Assembly (NCBI RefSeq): GCF_902713615.1
Contig: NW_024055720.1
Coordinates: 1-64,000 of the forward strand
Direction of reading: 5' to 3'
From: Scyliorhinus canicula
Taxonomy: Eukaryota
Length of the DNA stretch: 64,000 bases
Made by a program: the position numbers and the translations under genes. The first letter of the stretch is position 1, and each line of letters starts with the position of its first letter. The notes below the pieces were generated by a model that worked only from the letters and a program-made list of their open reading frames with translations, was not told where the DNA came from and made no database searches. Below are positions 24,898-36,720 of the stretch, one piece after another.

Positions 24898-25809
24898 GCC
24901 GCAAGTTTCTGGGTCACAGCTGCTGTCTGTTGAAGAGTTTTTAAACAGCAGATCGGCTACTGACAAGTTAATAGATTCTCGTGCACATAAACTACAGCAC
25001 AATCCATAGCAACACCGCCTAAAATGGTTCGCATTGAATAGTGATTCAGTCTGATTGTTGCATTAACTGTGAGAGGGAGGAACTTGCTGCTGTTCATTTC
25101 GAGTCTCGGAGAACTCGCTACTACCATTGCGAGCACTGCCACCCGTGGGTGGCCTGAAACTATATACATCCGTGCACCTCTGATGAGGAAAAGAAACTCC
25201 GAGTGAGAGCAAAGACTTTTCTGTTTGTGACATCAGGCTGTAATGTAAACCGAATCCAGCATGGTGAGGAGACTCCTAATCAATAGAATAGGCCGATAAA
25301 ATTCCTCTCAATGTTAAATACACTAACGAATGTTAAAACTAAGAATGAACAGTCACATGAACAGTTATAAATGGGTATTTTCAGGACATGATTAGAAGCC
25401 AATGAAAATAATATAGTAAACTGTGAGGTCAGGCGTTGTACGTTTTCGGTCGCGGAATGGTCACCGAATGGTCGGAAAAACGAGTTAATGGAAGAATAAC
25501 CAGAACATTTTCTTCACTACATGTTCTGCAGCTTTGGATTTGGATTTTAGTGTCACAAGTGCCGAGGTAGAATGAAAAATATTGTTTTGCGTACAGTCCA
25601 GTCAGATCGTTGCATTAATGAAAAACAGGATATACGATAGATACACAATATAAATCTATAGGCACAGACATCGGGTGAGCATACGCAGTGTAGTATAATA
25701 ATAATATTAATAATCTTTATGAGTGTCACAAGTAGGTTTACATTAACAATGCAATGGAGTTACTGTGAAAATCCCCATGTCGCCACACAAGGACAGTTCA
25801 GTTCATAAT

Positions 25810-26769
25810 GTGTCCAATGTGTCCAAGTTTGCAGATGACACTAAGATGAGTGGTAAAGCAAAAAGTGCAGAGGATACTGGAAGTCTGCAGAGGGATTTGG
25901 ATAGGTTAAGTGAATGGGCTAGGGTCTGGCAGATGGAATACAATGTTGACAAATGTGAGGTTATCCATTTTGGTAGGAATAGCAGCAAATGGGATTATTA
26001 TTTAAACGATAAAACATTAAAGCATGCCGCTGTTCAGAGAGACTTGGGTGTACTAGTGCATGAGTCACAGAAGGTTGGTTTACAAGTGCAACAGGTGATT
26101 AAGAAGGCAAATGGAATTTTGTCCTTCATTGCTAGAGGGATGGAGTTTAAGACTAGGGAGGTTATGTTGCAATTGTATAAGGTGTTAGTGCGGCCACACC
26201 TGGAGTATTGTGTTCAGTTTTGGTCTCCTTACTTGAGAAAGGACGTATTGGCGCTGGAGGGTGTGCAGAGGAGATTCACTAGGTTAATCCCAGAGCTGAA
26301 GGGGTTGGATTATGAGGAGAGGTTGAGTAGACTGGGACTGTACTCGTTGGAATTTAGAAGGATGAGGGGGGATGTTATAGAAACATTTAAAATTATGAAG
26401 GGAATAGATAGGATAGATGCGGGCAGGTTGTTTCCACTGGCGGGTGATAGCAGAACTAGGGGACATAGCCTCAAAATAAGGGGAAGTAGATTTAGGACTG
26501 AGTTTAGGAGGAACTTCTTCACCCAAAGCGTTGTGAATCTATGGAATTCCTTGCCCAGTGAAGCAGTTGAGGCTCCTTCATTACATGTTTTTAAGGTAAA
26601 GATAGATAGTTTTTTGAAGAATAAAGGGATTAAGGGTTATGGTGTTCGGGCCGGAAAGTGGAGCTGAGTCCACAAAAGATCAGCCATGATCTAATTGAAT
26701 GGCAGAGCAGGCTCGAGGGGCCAGATGGCCTACTCCTGCTCCTAGTTCTTATGTTCTTATGTTCTTATA
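25810..26769 (+). mobile_element. 5'-truncated CR1 LINE (RT C-terminus and 3' UTR)
   Basis: SKFADDTK..LVRPHLEYCVQFWSP..RNFFTQ; (TTCTTATG)n tail. Confidence 0.92.
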
Positions 26770-27137
26770 AGAGGGTCATTCAGAAGTCTGGTAATAGCGG
26801 GGAAGAATCTGTTTTTGAATCCAGCTTGTATGCCTGCTATTGCGGCTGCATTTACTTGTTGTGTTACTTCCTGTAACCGCTAAATCACATCGTTAAGTAT
26901 TGTTTTCAACATTTCTTTCGCGACATTGTTCAATTACAAAATGGTACAAATGCTCCAAACATTTCTTTTCATTCTGTCTAGAATGTATTTAATGTGAATG
27001 GAATGGAACAGAACTTTCCCAATGCAGCACTATTACTTTCGGCTTTATACTTATTTCAATATTTTCAAATGAGAACAATCTGCAGGTTTATCTCCCAATC
27101 TGTACCCAGTTCCATTCACAGTGTCACACTGCGACAG

Positions 27138-27510
27138 TGATTTTGTACCAGACTCCCTCTGGTTGCTGTCTCTGTCTCTCAGTCCGCAGTACTACACCGC
27201 GCTGTCAGACAGCAACAGTTCCCGGATGTTGAAATTTCCCTCACTCCTCGAACTGTTCAAAGATGCAGAAAATCGACTCCCCACGCCCACTGCTCTGGAA
27301 ACACCTCCGTAATTAGGAATGTAGATCAAGAATATGGGGGCTTCGTCCCGGTCCTGACGGTACAATTGCAAATAATATGTACCAGCTGTGGTCGAATAGC
27401 TGAAATCAATAGTAATCAGGATCTGCAGTGGACGATTTGCCCCTTCACATGGGGGTGCTCTGCAATTGTACAGATCATAGTTGTTCGACCTGGAATCTAA
27501 TTTCCTGCAC
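27138..27510 (-). pseudogene. TCR V pseudogene (delta-like)
   Basis: ..FSYSTTAGTYYLQLYRQDRDEAPIFLIY..RFSASLNSSRSEGNFNIRELLLSDSAV*YCGLR (C to F, W to L, stop); RSS relic GACAGAG-23-ACAAAATCA. Confidence 0.8.
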
Positions 27511-27889
27511 CACCTGCATGTCCCTTATTTCCCCGCATATCCCCAAATCCAACATATGTCTCGAAACAACTAAACGACGAACAACCGTCGCTCTCTGTGA
27601 CACAGAGAGGGCGTGAAAGCGAATGTTAGTCCTGTTCCTGAGCGTATCTTTGAGACAGGGCACAGATGGATGCTATTTAGTGTTGTCATGACGGTGGCAT
27701 TTGGAGAGCTGCTCGCAAAACACAGAAACTACTATAAAAAGGGATTTAGCAGACAATGATACACGTTCAGCACTACAGAAAGAAATAATTAGGGCTAGCT
27801 GCTCTTTATAATATTGCTTTGTTTACATAAATAGTTCACAATCCAGGTGAAAGATCTAATTCAGTGAATCGAGGTGAGAGTGCTTTACC

Positions 27890-27928
27890 GGTTTTTGTAC
27901 GGGTTGAGAGTCCCTCTGTAACAGTGTG
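27890..27928 (-). other. 23-RSS (CACACTG-23-ACAAAAACC)
   Basis: Spacer counted directly. Confidence 0.92.
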
Positions 27929-28366
27929 GGGCTCAGCGCACAGAGATACACGGCAGAGTCAGAGACACGGACCCCGGTGATATTTAAAGGAATCGTTTTC
28001 TTATCCTTGTCTAAATCAGCAGAAAACCGGTCAGGGAAATCTGAAGACCTTTCTCCCTTCCCCGCGCTATATTTCTTCAGTAGATATCTCGGAGCTTCCC
28101 CTGGATACTGGATGTACCAGAAGAGATTCTGGTCAGTATATTTTGCTTTGTAACTGCAGTTCAATATTGCTGTCTGTCCTTCCTGAACCGGTAATTCAGG
28201 CGGCTCCTGGGAAACCGAATCTTGGCCACTGGTTCCTGTAACAACATATAGAATGTGTCATAAATATGTGAGTAAATATAACCTATGAAACACTGGAGGA
28301 GGATTTGAGCTCAGACTCACCGGGCAGCAAGACCGTTATTATCAGTAAAACACACAGGGAGCACAT
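27929..28366 (-). CDS. TRAV/TRDV: TCR alpha/delta-type V segment (leader 28321-28366, V exon 27929-28235), apparently functional
   Basis: Leader MCSLCVLLIITVLLPG with gtgagt; V exon TSGQDSVSQ..AILNCSY..LFWYIQYPGEAP..SDSAVYLCALSP; upstream TGACGTCA at ~28533. Confidence 0.92.
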
Positions 28367-29251
28367 GGTTCCTGATTGAACAGTAAAAAGCGACACTGTT
28401 TCAAATATGTTGCTGCTTCTAGTCTCATATCAAAGTGCAAACCCAGATCAGTGGCAAAGAGTAAACGCAGATCAATTCTTGGGAAACTGAGGGGTGTTTG
28501 TCAGTACTACGATTGGCTGGTCTCTCAGCTCTGACGTCAGCTGAGGGCCAATCACTGTCAGTTGAGCGTTTATTAGGGCGGGTTCTCTCCAATCACATTC
28601 CACCCCTGGCTGTGTGTTTGTCTTTCTCGCTCCCTTCCTCACATTGCCGTCATTCTGACACTTTCTCGGTTGAAATCGTTTTCCTTCGACATCAACTTTC
28701 ACATCTTTCCTGAGGTAGATATTTCTCCCCAAAAATGTGAAAGATAAAATAAATATTTTAAAATCAGCCTTACACACAGATGTTAACGAGGCCATTCAGT
28801 GCACGAACATAATTAATAATTACTGTTTTAAAGGTACCCGGGATAAATAGTCATCCAACTCTACGCCAAGATGCGCTTCCACTGGGGTCTCTTGTACTGG
28901 TAAAGTACTCATTTCAGTCAGTCATCACTTGTACCCCAGGAAATTTAAACAGTGATAACTCTGAATTTGATCACTTTTTAAAACTGCTGCATGGTAGATT
29001 GCCACCTGATCAAGAAGTTTCACAAATACAGATTGATGAAATGATTCTCCGGGATCGGCAGGTTTATATAAATGGGATCGGGAAATTATGGAATTTGATT
29101 CTGGGGTATAATGACCGTCAAATGTCAAATGGCCCAACATTGAGAACCATTGACCTCATTCAGGGAAACCCATTCAGATGGAGCTGGATTGCCCCGTTTA
29201 TTATCTGTACCAATGCAACTCCTTGTGCTTACTTGATACGGAAATCGTGCC

Positions 29252-29290
29252 AGTTTGTGTATGAGCCCCGCCGGGCCCTCGTTCACTGTG
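29252..29290 (-). other. 23-RSS (CACAGTG-23-ACACAAACT)
   Basis: Spacer counted directly. Confidence 0.92.
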
Positions 29291-29762
29291 GGTCTCAGCG
29301 CGCAATAATACACGGCGCTGTCTGTCATCTTCAAATCTGTCAGGGACAAGTGAAAAGTGCTTTGTGTCGGGTTGAGTTTCCCGCTGAAACGTTCAAAGCC
29401 GGGAGCCGTCTCGTTGAACCCATAACTATCGGCTCTGAGCAGATACCGCGGAGCTCGGTGTGGATACTGGCGATACCAGAAGAGGTAATAGCTTGCAGCT
29501 GAACTCGATACCGAGTAACTGCAGGGTATGGCTGAATCTTCACCCTCTTCTGCGTCGACTCGTTGTTCTTCCTGAGACACCGAGTCTCCCTTACTCATCC
29601 CTAAAATGAAAAAGCTGGTTAGAAGGAGAAACGTGAAGCGGATGAGCACCCGAAGATGGAAATAAGAACACATTTGGGAATTGGAGGATTCAGTACAGAG
29701 GTTCAATATAACCAACCTGTCATCAGGACAATAACCAGAGGCAGGTAGAGTATCAGCCCCAT
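29291..29762 (-). CDS. TRAV/TRDV: TCR alpha/delta-type V segment (leader 29717-29762, V exon 29291-29600), apparently functional
   Basis: Leader MGLILYLPLVIVLMTG with GT donor; V exon MSKGDSVSQ..AIPCSY..YYLFWYRQYP..TDSAVYYCALRP. Confidence 0.92.
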
Positions 29763-30736
29763 GGTTCGAATCTGAACTTCAGATACAGAGACAGGTATCA
29801 CTGACTGGACCAGCCCTGTAATTGGCGGAGATAAAACAATTAGCGAGATGTTATGAGTTCGAATCCGATTTCTTCGCTCCGCCCACCTTCATGTCTTAAA
29901 GCAGCCGCTTCCTCTGGAACGGGTCGGTGATGTTTGATACGTGATCAGAGAGCGCCCTCCTGTGGACAGCGCAACCGCCTATTGGAAACACACACGGCCA
30001 CGTGCAACAACATGTACGTAAACATCCATCCAGACATGCACAGACACTGCAATAAATTCCAACATTCGTTGACATGATTTTTGAGTGCATATTAGTCTGA
30101 GTTGCTAATGATGAAAGTAAGTGAATATGTCCATCTCCCAGCAGCCTCGTTTACAGCACAGAATCAGCACAAACATAGACACAGAGACAGGTAAACACAG
30201 TGATCGACCCACAAACTGATCTCTCAAACAGACACACAGACAACCATTAAAGTAAATAAGCAGCCAGATTAACACAGCCATAGAAACACAAAGGAGAAAT
30301 TCCGTCAGAGACACTTTCAAAAACCTTGGACTTGTCCGAGCGAGCTTTCTGGGATTGAAATCCCTGAGTTTGTGTCAGTGCGGTAATATAATGTTGGATA
30401 TTCATAGCGATCAACCTGCACATGTTAGCAGCATGAACATCCCGGAACTTGTTTCCCATTAACCGTGAGGATCGATTTATAAAAGCGATTATCCTTTGTA
30501 TTACGTTATAAGTTGTATTGAGTTCGGGTTGGTTCACCCAGTCTCTCCATTAGTCCACCCGTCCGACGGGTTCTTGAAAAATATAAAATGCTATCAGCTT
30601 TAATATTCATTCCATCTGTCTGTCTATCTACGTATCTATCTATCGAGCAATCGATTGATATATCCATCTAATATATCGACGCAACCATCAACTTTCTATT
30701 AATTTTTCAGTCTGCTGTGTGGGTTAACCACAAATA

Positions 30737-31010
30737 GGAGTGGTTTCTGGAGATCGGGTCGGGCAGTGAGTAACAGAAGCTCAATCCGCTGATCTTATAT
30801 TGTATCTGTTCAACCTCCAAATGTGAACTTTTCTGTTCTACTTTTATTGTCAGACCCAGAACAATGCTTCCACGTTCGTACTTCATACATATTTCTATGG
30901 AACGAAAGAGGTTAACATTCGTTTCCTTTTCTTCTGAATACGCCAAAGAATATCACAATTTTCACATTGAATGGGCTGCAGCTCACCTACAGCGCTGTCT
31001 GCTGAGGTCA
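30737..31010 (+). pseudogene. Heavily decayed TCR V relic
   Basis: Pieces in shifting frames: GVVSGDRVGQ*, FYCQTQNNASTFVL, KNITIFTLNGLQLTYSAVC*. Confidence 0.55.
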
Positions 31011-34000
31011 ACACACAAAGACCCCGGGACAACTGGGACCATTACCCTGTCTGTGACGTAATTTGAAGAGAGATTCGTTCAAACCTGCCACCAGGTGGCG
31101 CACCCCACCGCCTGTCACGTTGCAACAACCAATACTGACTGACGCGTTCTCAATGTAACAACTGGTACAATTCAGAGGTAACAATGAATGTTGACTCACA
31201 GCTTCTTCGTTCAGAAACTTAGCTCACTGTTATGAGCAATTCTGCAAACAAAAGTTGTAGAATGTTTTTAATTAACTTGATCGTTGGCGGAATCTAGTTC
31301 CCCGTTGGTTTCTGTGAGGGGAATCTTCAGCCAATCAGTGTCGACTTGCCAACCAATCAGCAGCCTTTCCTGGAGTATTAGTTGTGACGGATTGAAAGTT
31401 GTCATTCAGTTGTTTACCCTGAGGTCATTGCACTTTGTCTTTCGGTGGTTTTCTGTTCCTCTTGCCCCTTTTTACACTTGACAAGGGGCATGGATTAAAT
31501 ACTATCCAGTTGACCCACTTCATGGCCGACTATTATATGAATAGTGATAGATTGCAAATGTTGATGTACAAAGGGATCTGGGTGTCCTTGCACTCCTATC
31601 ACTGAAAACAAGCATGCAGATGCATCAAACAGTTTGGCGGGCTAGTGGTATGTTGCCCTTAAATGCAATAGGACTTGCGTACAGGAGCAAGGCTGTCTTA
31701 CAGCAGATATGTAGGGTATTGGTGGGACGTCACCTGGAATATTGTGAGCAGATCTAGACTCCCTACCTCAGAACGGAAATGCTTTCCATGGAGGCAGTGC
31801 AGTGACTGTTCATCAGAATGATGCCTGGGATGGCACCATTATCGTGTGAGGACAGATTGGATGGACAAGGCCTGATTTCACAGGACTTTAGCAGAATGAG
31901 AGGCGATCTCGTTGAAGTATAACATTCTGACAGGGTTGTGCAGCCCGGGTGCAGGGAGGATGTTTCCTCTGGGAGTGGCCAACAAGAGGTCACGGTCTCA
32001 GGGGTGAGCCATTTAGGACAGAGATGAGGAGAAAGGTTTCACTCAATGGTTTTGAACATGCAGAATTATCTACGACAGGTGGCTGCAGAGGACAAATTAC
32101 CGAATATATTTCTGAAGGAAATGAATTAAGTTCTCGACTCTAAAGACGACAAGGGGTATGGGACAGAGCTGGAGTCTGGTGTCGAGATAGAGAATCACCT
32201 GATATACTATTGAATGGCGAAGCAGGCTCGAAGGAGCGAATACCCGATTCCTGCTCATACTTTATATGTTTCTAAGATTCTGGTTTTCTTATATTACGCA
32301 GGAACACCACACGTTTTATTTTATGTTCAGCAATTTCTTTATTATTCCTGCACCAGATCTCACCCAATGATTTTTTTTACTGCTTCATCAGAGGGTCGGT
32401 GATGATTCGATGGTCTGAATGGCCTCCTTCTGCATTAAAAAGATTCTCTGATTCTATGAGGTTGGAAGACGTTGGGTGGAAATGAAGTTCAAGCGTTAAG
32501 ATTGGATATTGTGGATCGGAAATGAATGTGAAACACGTTACAGAGCAGTAAATGTTCCTTTCCTTTTCAGCAAGTGGAATACTTAATCAGCACTGTAAGT
32601 TTCATTAATTTCACGTCAGGTTTAGGTTGTTAGGTCCACTCACTTGCACAAATAATCACATTGCAACGTGTGGTTCCCATGGCTCCACATTCCTCCTTTC
32701 AAATAAGATAATCAAAAAAATAAATTAACAGCAATTGAGGCACTTTGCAATTTCGCTGACCATAACTCAAATTAATCTGCAATTTAAATTTTGGGACCAC
32801 CAGCGAAGGCTATGAGCTGGTACATCAGTGCTTTGTTGATAAATTAAGCCGTGCGACGATGTTTAATTACGTTGCTTGAATTTTCTGATGAATAGCAAAG
32901 ATGGTTGATCTGAGGATTGCTGTTGATGAACTTCCAAATGCCATTTGATAATGTGCTGCAGCGCCACATTCTGAGGTAAAATGGACAGTTGCAAGGTGGA
33001 CACGAAATTTCCAGTAAACAACTAGCTGTAGGGATCAGCTGTTTCTCGGAGTGAAGGGACGTTGTGATGAAGTTTCCAGGGATCTATATTGCGGCCTTAT
33101 ATATGACACCTTAATAACCTGGACCTTGTTTGATGGGGAGATTTTTAACATCTGCGAATGATACACAATGTGACGGTGTTGCGAACCATCGGTAGGATAA
33201 TGTACAACTTCAAAACAACAAACACAGGTTGGTGGAATGGGTGGGTAATTTGCAGATTAAAGTTAGTGCAGTAAAGTTTGAAGTAATTCATATGTCTTGC
33301 AGACCGCAGAAAGACAAAAGAAAATAAAGGGAATAATTCAAAAGGCAATGCAGGATCAGAGGGAGCTTTTACAAAGGGTCATCTGGACTCAAAACGTCAC
33401 CTCGTTTCTCTCCTTACAGATGCTGCCAGACTTGCTGAGATTTTCCAGCATTTTCTCTTTGGTTTCAGATTCCAGCATCCGCAGTAATTTGCTTTTACCA
33501 ACAAAATGTTTATATGTAGATAAATTACTGATGGGGATAGGACAGTTGAGAGCGCGGTCATTAAAACAATTAATAAAGGGAATTATCAATGGGTATATAA
33601 AATACAGAGGAATGGACGTTATGTTAAACTTGTATTAAATCCTGAACCCACTGAACTGAAGCATTGTGGGTATCACACTTACAGGACAATGTGAGTCATT
33701 AGGGTGCGTGCAGAAAATGCTCACGGGAATGGCTCCAGTGATCAAGTTCACCTGCGAAGATAGATTGGACAAGTTGCGACTATGTCCCTTGACAAGCAGG
33801 TTACGACGTGATCTGGCGGAGATATACAAAATCATGAGGGTCCTCTCCAGAGTAGATATGGAGGAACCTATACCACTGGCGGACGGGCCGAGTGCCTGAT
33901 TGAAGGAATTGGGAAAATAAGCAGGAAGACATAAGCTATTCCAGTAACAGCCTCCCCGAACAGGCGCCGGAATGTGGCGACTAGGGGCTTTTCACAGTAA

Positions 34001-34668
34001 CTTCATTGAAGCCTACTCGTGACAATAAGCGATTTTCATTTCATAAGGATAAAACCTTTCACCCAGTGAGTGGTTAGCATGGACTGGACATTTGTGTAGC
34101 GGTGGCAGGGTCACTTGCTGCTTTCAAAGCGGTTTTGGATTATTATCTCAAAGGGAAAAACAATGCTAGACTGCGGGAAAAGAATGGTATTCAGCAAATC
34201 ACACCTATAGATGGTCAACACATCCATATCTGTCCAAACGGCCTTATTCTTCACTGAAAACCCCCCCTGACTGTTTAAAGAGACAGCAGTGTGTTAACTG
34301 TAATGTCACTGGGCCAGTAATTGAGAGTCCCAGCTTCATTCACGGAGGCGGTGTTCAAATCCTGCTACAGCTGATAGTGTGCTTTAAAAATACAAATAGA
34401 GGCCCTATAACTTATCAGTTCGTGAGGTTAGTGATTGTCAACAAATGCGGGCCTTGCTAATGAGGCCACATCTCATGAAATATATTTTATAAATCAATAA
34501 TTGCAATAGCAACGTTTGGCCAGTTGATGGCAGTGACGCCGTGATTGCTGACATTACATGAAGCAGAGATTGTCTCCATTGTTACTGCCAAGGACCCTCT
34601 TCCTATTCATATCTAACCAGACACCGTCTCTGATTCTATTACGTTAGGTCAGCTTTCTGATTTTATGA

Positions 34669-35269
34669 TGTGGAGATGCCGGCGTTGGACTGGGGTGAGC
34701 ACAGTAAGAAGTCTTACAACACCAGGTTAAAGTCCAACAGGTTTGTTTCAAACACGAGCTTTCGGAGCACGGCTCCTTCTTCAGGTGAATGGAAAGGCTT
34801 GTTCCAGAAATGTTTATATAGACACAGTCAGAGATGCCCCGGAATGCGAGCACCTGCAGGCAATCAAATCATCAAAGATGCAGAGAGAGAGGTAACTCCA
34901 GGTTAAAGAGGTGTGAATTGTCCCAAGCCAATTCAGTCGGTAGGCCTCTGCAAGTCCAGGCTTGTTGGTGGGGGCCGAATGTCGCATTACATTCGGCCCC
35001 CACCAACAAGCCTGGACTTGCAGAGGCCTACCGACTGAACTGGCTTGGGACAATTCACACCTCTTTAACCTGGAGTTACCTCTCTCTCTGCATCTTTGAT
35101 GATTTGATTGCCTGCAGGTGCTCGCATTCCGGGGCATCTCTGACTGTGTCTATATAAACATTTCTGGAACAAGCCTTTCCATTCACCTGAAGAAGGAGCC
35201 GTGCTCCGAAAGCTCGTGTTTGAAACAAACCTGTTGGACTTTAACCTGGTGTTGTAAGACTTCTTACTC
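34669..35269. mobile_element. Penelope-like element terminus arranged as a near-perfect palindrome
   Basis: 280-bp arms 34703-34982 and 34989-35268; same sequence family as the termini at 56284 and 61000-61425; flanked by direct repeat TTCTGATTTTATGA. Confidence 0.85.
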
Positions 35270-35829
35270 TTCTGATTTTATGACAGCAGGTCTCAGTTGT
35301 TACTGTACTCGGCTCAATCCCAGCTGTTTATATGCTGAAGCAAGGACCACTTTATATTACACTAAGTACATAGGAAGTTAGTATAGCATGGGGTCATATC
35401 TCAATTATTATTACAATTATAATCTTTATTGTCATAAGTAGGCTTACATTAACACTGCAATGAAGTTACTGTGAAAAGCCCCTAGCCGCAACACTCCGGC
35501 AGCTGTTCGAGTACACAGGGGGAGAATTCAGAATACCCAATTAATCTCACAGCACGTCTTTCAGGACCTGTGCGAGGAAACGGAGCACCCGGGGGAAACC
35601 CACGCAGATATGGGGAGAACACGCAGACTCCACGCAGTCATTGACCCCAGCCGGGAATCGAACCTGGGGCCCTGACGCTGCGAAGGAATAGTGCCAACCA
35701 ATGTCATAGTCTATGTCTAAATTGTTACCTCACTAGATTCAATCTCCACGGATACTAAACCAGAACATGTTTCTCTTTGTATTACCTGAGCCACTGTCTC
35801 AGTTATTGCTTTACCTGAAGCTGCCACGT

Positions 35830-36720
35830 TCCTCAGGGTAGTGGTCTGGGACCAACCATATCCAGCTGCTTCATGAATGGCCTTTCGTCCATCACAAGGA
35901 TAAAAGTGAGCGTGTTTGCAGATGACTGCACAATGTTCAACACCTTTTGCGACTCATTAAATGCAGTCCATGTCAGAATGCAACAAGATCTGGACTATAT
36001 TCAGGCTTGGCAAGTGGCAAGTGCGGCAATGTCCCGCTCTAACACGAGAAGATCTAACCATCTTCCCTTGACATTCAATGGCATTACCATCACCGTGTCC
36101 CCATTATGAATATTCAGGGGGCTGCTGTTGCCTGGAAACTGAACTGGATTAGCCATATAAATACTGTTGCGATCTGAACAGGTTAAAGGCGAGGAATCCT
36201 GCCGCGAGTAACTAACTTCCTGTCCCCAAAGCCCGTCCAACATCATCAGGGCTCAAGTCAGGAGTGTAATGGAAAACTCTCCACTTGTCTGGATGAGTGC
36301 AGCTCCAACAACATTCGAGAAGCAAGACGCCATCCGGGAGAAAAGAGCCTGCTTGATTGCTAACCCTTCCAAAAACGTTATTTCCCTCCAACCGAAGAAT
36401 AATGGCAGCTTTCTGTCCTACCTAAAAGATGCATTAGTGCAACTCAACAAGGTTCCTTCGGCAGCACCTTCCAAACCCATGACCACTGCCACCTGGAAGG
36501 ACAAAGGCAGCAGATACCTGGGATCACCTTCAAGCCACTCACCATCCTGACATGGAAATATACCGCCGTTACGTCACTTTCGCTGGGTCAATAGGCTGGA
36601 ATTCCCTCCCTAACAGTTTTGTGGCTGGGCCTATACGTTAGGAACTACAGCGATTTAAGAAGGCAACTCCCCACCACCTTCTGAAGGGCAATTAGAGATG
36701 GAAAAGCAATGTTGACCTAA
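35830..36720 (+). mobile_element. Decayed CR1/L2-clade LINE RT fragment
   Basis: SVFADDCTMF and MENSPLVWMSAAPTT; a related minus-strand piece lies at ~55230-55470. Confidence 0.7.

Noticed and set aside
34814-35157. Twin 107-aa ORFs on opposite strands
   Set aside because: Artefact of the palindrome; non-coding PLE terminus.
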